Shown: positions 18,781 to 26,716 of the stretch, in pieces
Layout of the letters: the number at the start of each line of letters is the position of its first letter
How positions within the stretch are numbered: the first letter of the stretch is position 1
DNA from: an uncultured Candidatus Kuenenia sp.
GTDB taxonomy: Bacteria > Planctomycetota > Planctomycetia > Pirellulales > UBA1268
DNA: 64,000 nucleotides
Reading direction: 5' to 3'
NCBI GenBank assembly: GCA_964453165.1
Contig: CAYVNX010000001.1
Location: 27,284-91,283 of the forward strand
The notes under the pieces: generated by a model
Database searches by the model: none
What the model saw: only the letters and a program-made list of their open reading frames with translations
Told to the model about the DNA's origin: nothing
Position numbers and translations under genes: made by a program

Positions 18781-18848
18781 GCTGGCTGGCTGCGTCGGGG
18801 GAAAGCGGGGCAGGCGTTGCCGGCCAGGCGCGGTTCCCCCGGTCTACC

Positions 18849-20537
18849 CTAGAGGCATTTGAGAAATTCGATCAGGGCCATCCGCTCGTCCTCGGTGAGG
18901 CTGTCGCCGAAGGTATGGCCCGTGTTGAGCAGGCCCGTGTAGAGCTCCGGCCGGGAGGGATCGACCTGGGAGGAGGTCACCCCCGCGAGAGCCTGCCGCA
19001 GGGCTTCCCACTGCTCCGGCGTGCGCCACTCCGGGTCAAACACCCTGACATACGTGTCGGCCTCCATCTCCTCGAGGATCTCCGCGTGGGACTTGGCCGA
19101 TTCATCGACAAACTTCCAGCCGACCCGCACCTGATCGAAGTTGTCGGGGTCGATGCTGCTCGGCCGCATGCTGTACTTCTTCGGGCGGGTCGACGATTTC
19201 AGGAGGTTGTAGAGCGTGGGGACCGAGGCGTTGTGGAGGTAGGGGCCGCGGGCCCAGATGCCCGGCAGCGGTGGCGCCACGTAGCTCTTGGTGAGGGTCA
19301 CCTTTCCGCTGAGAAACCGCTTCTTCTCCTCGACGCTCATGTCGAAGATTCCGATGATCCGCAGCGGATCCGTGCCGACCTCCTCCGGCTCGATCAGCGC
19401 CCCGGGGAAGCTGACGAGCTCGTACTGCTTCTCACCGGTTTCCTCGAATTCACCATGGCAGCGGCCGCAGGACTCCTGGAAGATTCTGTGGCCGGCCGTG
19501 GCCTTCTCGGCATCGACCGTGGCAATGAACGGATACCGTGGCGGTTTCAACGATGAGAAGTAGGCAGGGACGCACTTGGCGAACGTCTCCCGGGCCTCGA
19601 CGTAGTCTTCCCCGAGATGCCCGCGGCTGATCGCCATGGCGTAGGTCACGTCGGCGACGTTGCCCTCGAACCCACCGTCGACGTAGAGCCCCTTGCCCTC
19701 GGTGCCGTTGATCTTGTAACCGTAGTTGGTCCACGGCTGCGGCTTGAGAAACGGGATCAGCGGGACCTTCGCCTCCATCTTCTTGGTGTAGCTGTTGGTG
19801 TGGGTGTCGACGAAGAACTTGTCGTACCGCAGGATGCTCGGCTTGATGCCATCGGGCCGCAGCACGGGGACCAGGACGCCGAAGAAGTCAGCCGAGTCGA
19901 CGAAGAACCGCGGCAGGTTCTTCGCGAAAACGTGGCCCGGGCTGGTTTCGCCGCTGGCGGCGACGTTCTGGTGAAACCGCTCGAAGTCGAGAAATACGTT
20001 GGGGATGCCTTCGGCGAGTCGTGGCTCGGGGTTCCTGGGGTCGGGGCTGGTGAACAGGACGGTCGAGTGACAGAGCCGGCAGCTCGCGGTCATGCCCGGG
20101 GCACGCGAGAAGGCGACGGTGGCCTCCGTCTTGAGGAGTCCCAACGCCACCGCATCGGCATGGTGATTGCCGGGCTGCGGGCGATGGATGCCATACCGCA
20201 TGTCCATCTCCCGCCACCAGCCCTCGCTGAACTCGGCCAGTCCCTGCAGCCGCTCCTGCTCCGCCTGGGCCGTGGCCTCCTCGGCCCAGATCTCGTTGAG
20301 CGTCTCCAGGCCGTCGAAGTTCCAGAGCGGCCGCGCCATGCGGAACCGCGTCTCGACCTCCATCTTCCCCGCCTCGACGAGCTCACCCCTGGCGATCAAC
20401 GCCTCCTCCTGCTGCTGTGGCGTCGGCGGCGCGACTGACACCTCGACGCCTCGCAGGGCAGTGGGAAACGACAGTGCTGCTCCGGCCGCGAGCAGCCGGA
20501 GCAGCCGGAGCGTGAGCCCGAACAAGGGAGTTGGCAT
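18849..20537 (-). CDS. Secreted di-heme c-type cytochrome (function unknown)
   Basis: 562 aa. N-terminal hydrophobic signal-like segment LRLLRLLAAGAALSF; two CxxCH heme-c motifs (CRLCH and CGRCH). No closer family assignment is possible by eye. Confidence 0.7.
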   Translation of the reverse strand: MPTPLFGLTLRLLRLLAAGAALSFPTALRGVEVSVAPPTPQQQEEALIARGELVEAGKMEVETRFRMARPLWNFDGLETLNEIWAEEATAQAEQERLQGLAEFSEGWWREMDMRYGIHRPQPGNHHADAVALGLLKTEATVAFSRAPGMTASCRLCHSTVLFTSPDPRNPEPRLAEGIPNVFLDFERFHQNVAASGETSPGHVFAKNLPRFFVDSADFFGVLVPVLRPDGIKPSILRYDKFFVDTHTNSYTKKMEAKVPLIPFLKPQPWTNYGYKINGTEGKGLYVDGGFEGNVADVTYAMAISRGHLGEDYVEARETFAKCVPAYFSSLKPPRYPFIATVDAEKATAGHRIFQESCGRCHGEFEETGEKQYELVSFPGALIEPEEVGTDPLRIIGIFDMSVEEKKRFLSGKVTLTKSYVAPPLPGIWARGPYLHNASVPTLYNLLKSSTRPKKYSMRPSSIDPDNFDQVRVGWKFVDESAKSHAEILEEMEADTYVRVFDPEWRTPEQWEALRQALAGVTSSQVDPSRPELYTGLLNTGHTFGDSLTEDERMALIEFLKCL

Positions 20538-20584
20538 GGGTTACCAGTTGTTTCCGGGGAAAGGATTCGAGAGCGGCCGTGGAG

Positions 20585-21419
20585 TCACCGGGAGCGGGGC
20601 TGCGGCGTCATTGTGGTGTCAGTCAACGGACTCCGTCGACTCAGGGGCGAGGGTGGAACGGTCATGGACATTGCTTCAAGCGGGCGGGTCCTCATGGATG
20701 AGGGCGGGGAGGCAGTGCCCTGCCGTCCTCGCGACGTGGCGGCTGCCCGCCCCGACCGCCACGACGGGGCTTGAAGGTCTCCGTCGTCGTCCGTCCGGAT
20801 GGGTCGGTGGATGTAAAAGGTCAGGGAGCCGCCCTGGCCGAGGACGTAGGCGACCGTGCCCCGGCGGCCGCCGACTTCGTAGGTCAGCAGCCGGCTCGTG
20901 GACGACGGGGACGTGATGCCCACGATCGTCGCGCCGCGAAGTGGCCGCATCGCCGGCCGCAGCGGCTCGGGGCTGGGGATCGACCTGGCCGTCCCACTCC
21001 GTGACCTCGCCATGAAACCCGCCATTGAGATACGGATAGGTCTTGGTGGCGTGATAGTGGTGGTGAGAGTCGTCGGCCCGACCGCAATGGCCTCCGTCCT
21101 CGTCGAGTTCGCCGACGAGGAAGGCGTCTTCGTCGCGGTTGTTGAGCGGATTGAAGATCGGCACCCCGTTGACGGTCGACGCGATCGCTCCTCGCAGGAA
21201 GCGGTTTTCGTAGACGTCGGTGTCGTGGCGGGAACGGGATCGAGCGGAATCCGCCAGGCATTCTCCCCGACATATCGCTGCGGGAGCGGAACCTGCTGCT
21301 CCCAGGCCTTGATGCCCACCATCAGTTGATGCTCCGGCATGCCGCTTGACTCGACGAAGAAGAAGCGGCCGCCGCAAGGATGAGGACGGCGGTGCGAACC
21401 TGCCAGAACGGGGTTGCGA
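20585..21419 (-). pseudogene. YHYH-domain protein gene disrupted by at least two frameshifts and lacking an obvious start/signal peptide
   Basis: Protein-like sequence switches frame twice. Frame of ORF 20585..21340: GGRFFFVESSGMPEHQLMVGIKAWEQQVPLPQRYVGENAWRIPLDPVPA, good down to about 21226. Frame of ORF 20676..21377: DTDVYENRFLRGAIASTVNGVPIFNPLNNRDEDAFLVGELDEDGGHCGRADDSHHHYHATKTYPYLNGGFHGEVTEWDGQVDPQP, about 21224 down to 20969. The first frame then resumes from about 20971 (PEPLRPAMRPLRGATIVGITSPSSTSRLLTYEVGGRRGTVAYVLGQGGSLTFYIHRP). The open frame abuts the zwf stop with no ATG/GTG/TTG before 21340. Confidence 0.55.
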
Positions 21420-23345
21420 TCACGATGGTTCGTTGCCCGCAGCGGTGGGGTGACTCTGGCGACTGGCCGCGATCCGCCGAAACTCGGCCTGCATCTGGGG
21501 GAAATCGTTGGCTATTCGGTGGAAGTCGGCGGCGTCGAGTGCGAGAAGGTCGCAGTGGCAGACGGCTCGGACCGTGGCAGAGCGGGGTTGGTCAAAGAGT
21601 ACTGCCATTTCGCCAAAAAACTCACCCTCCCCAATCCGGCCGACTCGCTCGCCGGCGCGGCCCAGCGCCTCGAGTTCGCCGCGGCAGACGAAATACATCT
21701 CACCGCCTCGGTCTCCCGCTCGGACGACCGTGTCACCCGGACCGAAAGCGAGCGGTCGAAACGCGAGGAGCAGGTTGTTGAGCATGACAGCCGGGGCAGT
21801 CGCCAGAAACTCGCTCCGGGCCAACACGTCGCGGGTCAGGTTCTCATGCCAGCGGCGACCGTCGCGCGCGAGCAGACTGTTGGCCGCCGCCGGTCCCCAG
21901 GTGCCGGCGGCATAGTTGGGGAAGTCGTCGGCGGGTGTGCCACGCCAGGCGTCGAGCATGGGTTGGACGATCTGCCAGGCCGTTTCCACGAAATCGGTGC
22001 GGGAGAACAGGGTTGGGTCGTTGTTGAGCGCCGCGTAGAGGAGCACCTCGTAGCCAGTCCCGCGGGCCGCCTCGAATGTCTCGGCGTAGTCGAACCGCAT
22101 GCCCGCGGGCTGGAGGCGAAACGCGGGGCCGGGTCGCTTGGCATGCATTCGGATCTCGACAGCCTGGTAGGGCTGAATGTGGAAGATCAAGAGATTGGGC
22201 TCGACCGCTGCGGAGCCCGAGGCCGGGGGCCGAAACTGCACGACGATTTCGGTGCCCCGCTTCCAGAGCGACTTTCCCGACCGCAGGTAGATCGGCACCC
22301 CGGCCCAGCGGGCATTGTCGATCTGCAGCCTGATCGCGGCGAAGGTCTCGGTATTCGACACCGGATCGACGTCGCGTTCCTGGCGATAGGCCACGGCCGG
22401 TGAACCGTCGGGCTTCGAGCCCGCGGCATATTGGCCGCGGACGCAGTCGCGGGCGACCGCCGTGGGATCGAGCAGCCGAACCGATTCCAGGAGCCGAGAC
22501 TTTCCGTCGCGAATCGCGGCCGGGTCCAGGGACGTCGGGGGCTCCATGCAGACGTAGGCCAGCATCTGGAGGAGGTGGTTTTGCACCATGTCGCAGACGA
22601 CCCCCGTTCGGTCGTAGTAGCCGCCCCGCGTCTCCACGCCAACCGTTTCGAGCGAGGAGAGCTGGACGTGGTCTATATGGCTGGCGTTCCAGAGCGGTGC
22701 GAACAGCGGGTTGGCCAGCCGAAAGGCTAGGATGTTCTGCACCGTCTCCTTGCCAAGGTAGTGATCGATGCGATAGATCTCGTCCTCCCGCCAGTGGGCC
22801 AGCAGGTCTCGATTGAGACCGATGGCCGAATGCAGATCCTTGCCGAACGGCTTTTCGACGATGATTCGTTTCAGGCCCGGCATCCGCGTGAAGCCTGCCG
22901 CGTCGAGCCGCCGATTCACTTCGGAGAAGAAGTCGGGCGAGATGGCCAGATAGATGAGCGTGTTGCCGGCCGCTCCGGTCTGCTGCCCAACCTCGAGCAC
23001 GAGCCTCATGAGCCGGTCGTAGGCGGCCGGATCGTCGAAGTTGCCCGGCAGGTAGTGGAGTCGCGATTCCAGCCACTGACAGCGGTCCTCGTCGAGGGCC
23101 TTCCGGGTCGTGAATCGGGCGATATCCTGCCGGTGGCGTGCTCGAAACTCGGCGGTGGTCTGCTCTGTCATCGCCATGCCAACGACGGCGAACTCGTCCG
23201 GCAGCAGCCCGTCGCAGGCGAGGTTGTAGAGAGCCGGCATCAGCAGCCGCTTCGTGAGATCGCCCGAGGCTCCGAGAATGACGATCAGCCCCGCCGCGGC
23301 CGTGGACGTTTGCCCGGCCTGGTTGCTGGGGGGTGCCATGGGCAT
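21420..23345 (-). CDS. zwf: Glucose-6-phosphate 1-dehydrogenase fused to a C-terminal cyclic-nucleotide-binding domain
   Basis: 641 aa. G6PD motifs ILGASGDLTKRLL (NADP site), IVEKPFG and YRIDHYLGKE (active-site region). The G6PD part ends near GTWGPAAANSLLARDGRRWHE, followed by about 134 extra residues with cNMP-binding signatures. Confidence 0.9.
   Translation of the reverse strand: MPMAPPSNQAGQTSTAAAGLIVILGASGDLTKRLLMPALYNLACDGLLPDEFAVVGMAMTEQTTAEFRARHRQDIARFTTRKALDEDRCQWLESRLHYLPGNFDDPAAYDRLMRLVLEVGQQTGAAGNTLIYLAISPDFFSEVNRRLDAAGFTRMPGLKRIIVEKPFGKDLHSAIGLNRDLLAHWREDEIYRIDHYLGKETVQNILAFRLANPLFAPLWNASHIDHVQLSSLETVGVETRGGYYDRTGVVCDMVQNHLLQMLAYVCMEPPTSLDPAAIRDGKSRLLESVRLLDPTAVARDCVRGQYAAGSKPDGSPAVAYRQERDVDPVSNTETFAAIRLQIDNARWAGVPIYLRSGKSLWKRGTEIVVQFRPPASGSAAVEPNLLIFHIQPYQAVEIRMHAKRPGPAFRLQPAGMRFDYAETFEAARGTGYEVLLYAALNNDPTLFSRTDFVETAWQIVQPMLDAWRGTPADDFPNYAAGTWGPAAANSLLARDGRRWHENLTRDVLARSEFLATAPAVMLNNLLLAFRPLAFGPGDTVVRAGDRGGEMYFVCRGELEALGRAGERVGRIGEGEFFGEMAVLFDQPRSATVRAVCHCDLLALDAADFHRIANDFPQMQAEFRRIAASRQSHPTAAGNEPS
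21423..21824 (-). other. cNMP-binding (CAP effector-type) domain forming the C-terminus of Zwf
   Basis: FRPLAFGPGDTVVRAGDRGGEMYFVCRGELEAL...RIGEGEFFGEMAVLFDQPRSATVRAVCHCDLLALDAADF carries the classic G.FFGE.AL....PRSATV phosphate-binding cassette. Confidence 0.75.
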
Positions 23346-23552
23346 GGACGGTTCCTGGGATGGAAAAGCCGCGGCGGCCCACGGCCAGGCTGGCGATATG
23401 GCGAATCAGCGTCGCTTTTATACCAGGATGGTGACAGCGACGATCCAGGCTCGGAGTCCTACACGATTGAGTCCGGGGGCGAGATCGGCACGCACACGAT
23501 GGCCCAGGCCACCAGGCAGTGCGGCGGTGCCACAAGCGTGACTCTCCAGGGG

Positions 23553-23581
23553 GTTGACAGGGAGTGAACAGCCGTATAGAT
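23553..23581 (+). promoter_or_regulatory. Sigma-70-like promoter candidate upstream of comM: TTGACA-N17-TAGATT
   Basis: TTGACA at 23553-23558, a 17-nt spacer, TAGATT at 23576-23581, about 60 nt upstream of the ATG at 23642. Same architecture as the site at 29661-29689. Confidence 0.45.
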
Positions 23582-23641
23582 TTAGGAGGTTGGCTGGATG
23601 GCACCACGTCGTCTGCCCGCGCATCTCCGGAGACTGTTGCC

Positions 23642-25189
23642 ATGCTTGCCCGCCTGCACACGTTTTCCCTGTTCGGCATTGATGCGGTGCCGGTGGAGGT
23701 CGAGGTCGATGTTTCCGGGGGGGCGCTGCCGGCGACCGTGCTTGTGGGACTGCCGGATGCGGCGATCCGGGAGAGCACGCACCGGGTCGCCCGGGCGATG
23801 GTGAACTCGGGCTTTACGCGGCCCAACGACCGGATCGTGGTCAATCTCGCCCCGGCGGAATTGCCCAAGCAGGCGGCCACGTTCGACCTTCCGATCACGC
23901 TTGGCATCCTGGCCGGCAGTGGGCAGTTCTCGTCCGAGCGGCTCAAGGATTACGCGGTGATCGGCGAACTCTCGCTCGAGGGCTCGACGCGGCCTGCCCG
24001 AGGAGCGCTCTCGATCGCCATGGCTGCGGCCCGGCAGCGCGGGGAGCGGCCGCTCAGGGGTGTGGTTGTGCCCGCTGCCAGTGCGACGGAGGCGGCGGTG
24101 GTCGAAGACATCGAGGTGATCCCGGTGTCGTCGCTCACCGAAGCCGTGCAGTTCTTCACCGGCGACATCGACATCACGCCGACGCCGGCCCGGGTGGCGG
24201 AGTGGTTCGACCGGTTTGCCACCTACGACATCGACTTCGCCGACGTCCGCGGGCAGGAGGCGGCGAAGCGAGCGATCTGTGTCGCGGCGGCAGGGGGGCA
24301 TAATTGCCTCATGGTCGGCCCGCCCGGCGGAGGCAAGACGATGCTGGCGAAGCGAGTGCCCACGATCCTGCCACAGCTTTCGGCGGTCGAGTCGATCGAG
24401 ACAACGCGGATCTATAGCGCGCTTGGGCTGCTCCAGCCAGGGCAGCCGCTCCTGGCCACGCGGCCGTTTCGGGCGCCGCACCATACGATTTCCGAGGCTG
24501 GCCTCGTGGGCGGCCGATCGATCCCAATGCCGGGTGAAATATCGCTCGCGCATAACGGGGTGCTTTTTTTGGACGAACTTCCCGAGTTCAACCGCCGCAC
24601 GCTCGAGGTGCTGCGGCAGCCGCTGGAAGACGGCTCGGTCACGATCAGCAGGGCCAAGACGACGACGCGGTTTCCGGCCGACTTCATGCTCGTGGCAGCG
24701 CTCAATCCCTGCCCCTGCGGCTATCGCGGCGACCCGCGGCGGCAGTGTCAGTGCTCAGCGCCGCAGGTCGAGAAATACATGGCGAAGATCTCGGGGCCGC
24801 TCGTGGATCGCATCGACATCCATTTGGAGGTGCCAGCCGTACCATTCAGGGAGTTGGCGGCCAAGCGGCCAGGCACGTCGAGCGGGCAGATGCGCGAGGC
24901 GGTGCTGGCGGCGCGGCTGCGGCAGGCCGTGCGGTTTGCGGATTCGGCCACGCGGTCAAACGCCCGAATGAACAGCCGCCAGATCCGGGAGTTCTGCCCG
25001 CTCGACCCGGCGGCAGCCGAGTTGCTGCGGGCTGCCGTGGCCGATCTCGGACTCTCTGCTCGGGCCCACGACAAAGTGCTGCGGGTTGCGCGAACTGTGG
25101 CCGACCTCGATGCGGCCGAGAGCATCGGGGCCGCCCACATCAGCGAGGCGATCAACTACCGGCTGCTCGATCGCGGCTTGTGGGAGTGA
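23642..25189 (+). CDS. comM: YifB/ComM-family Mg-chelatase-like AAA+ ATPase
   Basis: Starts MLARLHTFSLFGIDAVPVEVEVDVSGG..LVGLPDAAIRESTHRV (family-typical N-terminus). Walker A MVGPPGGGKTMLAKR, VLFLDELPEF, C-terminal SARAHDKVLRVARTVADL. The track start GTG 23564 lies upstream of the predicted -10, so ATG 23642 is preferred. Confidence 0.9.
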   Translation: MLARLHTFSLFGIDAVPVEVEVDVSGGALPATVLVGLPDAAIRESTHRVARAMVNSGFTRPNDRIVVNLAPAELPKQAATFDLPITLGILAGSGQFSSERLKDYAVIGELSLEGSTRPARGALSIAMAAARQRGERPLRGVVVPAASATEAAVVEDIEVIPVSSLTEAVQFFTGDIDITPTPARVAEWFDRFATYDIDFADVRGQEAAKRAICVAAAGGHNCLMVGPPGGGKTMLAKRVPTILPQLSAVESIETTRIYSALGLLQPGQPLLATRPFRAPHHTISEAGLVGGRSIPMPGEISLAHNGVLFLDELPEFNRRTLEVLRQPLEDGSVTISRAKTTTRFPADFMLVAALNPCPCGYRGDPRRQCQCSAPQVEKYMAKISGPLVDRIDIHLEVPAVPFRELAAKRPGTSSGQMREAVLAARLRQAVRFADSATRSNARMNSRQIREFCPLDPAAAELLRAAVADLGLSARAHDKVLRVARTVADLDAAESIGAAHISEAINYRLLDRGLWE

Positions 25190-25315
25190 CTCAAGCCGGC
25201 TCAGTGTGCCAGCCAAAAAGTGACGTCGCCCGCTCTGGTGGCGACTCCGCCGACACCCCTTCGGCCCGGGGAATCCCGATGGACGTCGGCTGGGGAGGTT
25301 TGCAACACTACCGGC

Positions 25316-26089
25316 ATGGACCCTCTCACGGCAGACTCCGGAGCGATTGACAGGCCGATCCCTCGGCAGGGCTTCCCGAACGGCTCCCCACGTCGCGGCT
25401 GGTCGGGACCGATGGCAGTGAGGCTCGCCCTCGCTGCCGCGCTTGCCATCATCGGCTGCGTGGCACTGTTCGTCGATCTTCCCGTCGCTGGATGGTTCCG
25501 CACCCATCGCCTGCCGGGGGACCTGGCCCGGCTCGTGGATTTCAGCGAGGTTTTCGCCCATGGGCTCGGCGCTGCCGTCGTGCTCGGTGTCACCGTCTCG
25601 CTCGATATGCGGCTGCGAAAGCTGGGGCAGGTGGCTGCGGCTCGCCGGGATGTGATCCGGCTCTTTCTGGCGGCCTACGCGGGAGGCCTGGTGGTGGATG
25701 TGATCAAGGCGCTCGTTGTCCGGGTGCGGCCACGTTCATGTGACTTTGCCGCGATGCACTCGGCCCTCGACACCTTCGGCGCCGCGGCAGCGGGCATGGT
25801 TTCAGGCATTCCTGCCGAGGGTGGCCTGAGGAAGAGCGTCGAGCTCATGAGCTTCCCCTCGGGCCACGCGGCCGTGGCCGCCGGACTCGCCACGGCGCTG
25901 GCCTGGAAATACCCCCACGGACGCTGGATCTTTGGAGCTCTGGCGGCATGTGCGGCCTTTCAGCGCGTTGCATCGTCGGCCCACTTCCCGAGTGACGTCG
26001 CCTGGGGGGCGGCGATCGGGGTGGCTGCCGCCGCCGTCTGCCTGGCGAGAGTCCAGCCCTCGACGGCGGGCGGCGTTCAGAGCGGCTGA
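25316..26089 (+). CDS. PAP2-family membrane phosphatase (start uncertain: 25220, 25316 or 25403)
   Basis: All three PAP2 motifs are present: KALVVRVRP (KX6RP), FPSGH, and QRVASSAHFPSD (RX5HX3D). Several hydrophobic helices. Confidence 0.75.
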   Translation: MDPLTADSGAIDRPIPRQGFPNGSPRRGWSGPMAVRLALAAALAIIGCVALFVDLPVAGWFRTHRLPGDLARLVDFSEVFAHGLGAAVVLGVTVSLDMRLRKLGQVAAARRDVIRLFLAAYAGGLVVDVIKALVVRVRPRSCDFAAMHSALDTFGAAAAGMVSGIPAEGGLRKSVELMSFPSGHAAVAAGLATALAWKYPHGRWIFGALAACAAFQRVASSAHFPSDVAWGAAIGVAAAAVCLARVQPSTAGGVQSG

Positions 26090-26165
26090 GCGGCTGAGCA
26101 GCGATGGTCGCTCCATGGCAAGCGTGATATCCTAGGCACACTCCGTCGCCCTGGGAAAATCGTTC

Positions 26166-26657
26166 ATGCCCCCCGCCAAGAAGCCCCGCAGTAAGAGCAG
26201 CAAGGCCGTCGCCGCCCCCTCCTCTGAGGCCCACGAATTCGAGCAGTCCGAGCCCGTCGCCCAGACCGCCGACGGCCCCAAGGCCGGCACGCGAGGAAGC
26301 AAGCGGATCCTGCTCGTCGACGATGATCAGGAGATCATCGAGTCGATGAAGACGGTCCTCGAGTCGCGGGGCTACGAGATTCTCGTCGCGCGGGATGGCA
26401 ACCAGGGGCTCGTCATGGCCGAGGGAGAGAGCCCAGACCTCGTCGTGCTCGACATGATGATGCCCAAGCGGAGCGGGTTTCTCGTGCTCGAAAAGCTCCG
26501 CCGCAGCCGCCCGGATCCGCTCCGCGTCATCATGATCACGGCCAACGAAGGAAGCCGGCACCGCGCCTATGCCGAGATGCTGGGCGTGGATGACTATATT
26601 CGGAAGCCGTTCGCCATGGATCGGCTTCTCGATAGCGTCGATCGGCTCCTATCTTGA
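26166..26657 (+). CDS. Single-domain CheY-like response regulator with a basic Lys/Ser/Ala-rich N-terminal tail
   Basis: ILLVDDD, phospho-acceptor LVVLDMMMPKRSG, VIMITA, IRKPF. The first approx 45 aa are MPPAKKPRSKSSKAVAAPSSE... Confidence 0.85.
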   Translation: MPPAKKPRSKSSKAVAAPSSEAHEFEQSEPVAQTADGPKAGTRGSKRILLVDDDQEIIESMKTVLESRGYEILVARDGNQGLVMAEGESPDLVVLDMMMPKRSGFLVLEKLRRSRPDPLRVIMITANEGSRHRAYAEMLGVDDYIRKPFAMDRLLDSVDRLLS

Positions 26658-26716
26658 TGCAGCCGCCGAGCAGATGAGCCGGGGCGTGCGCTGGTGTTCA
26701 TGAGAGGTGCAAAAGC

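Noticed and set aside
23564-23804. GTG 23564 as the comM start. Also a strong AGGAGG (23584-23589) followed 8 nt later by ATG 23598, opening a 68-aa ORF out of frame with comM.
   Set aside because: GTG 23564 lies inside or upstream of the predicted promoter, and the ComM family N-terminus begins at MLARL (ATG 23642). The 68-aa product (Arg/Cys/Pro-rich) overlaps comM out of frame and looks non-coding. The SD-ATG could be a short regulatory uORF, but I cannot support that.
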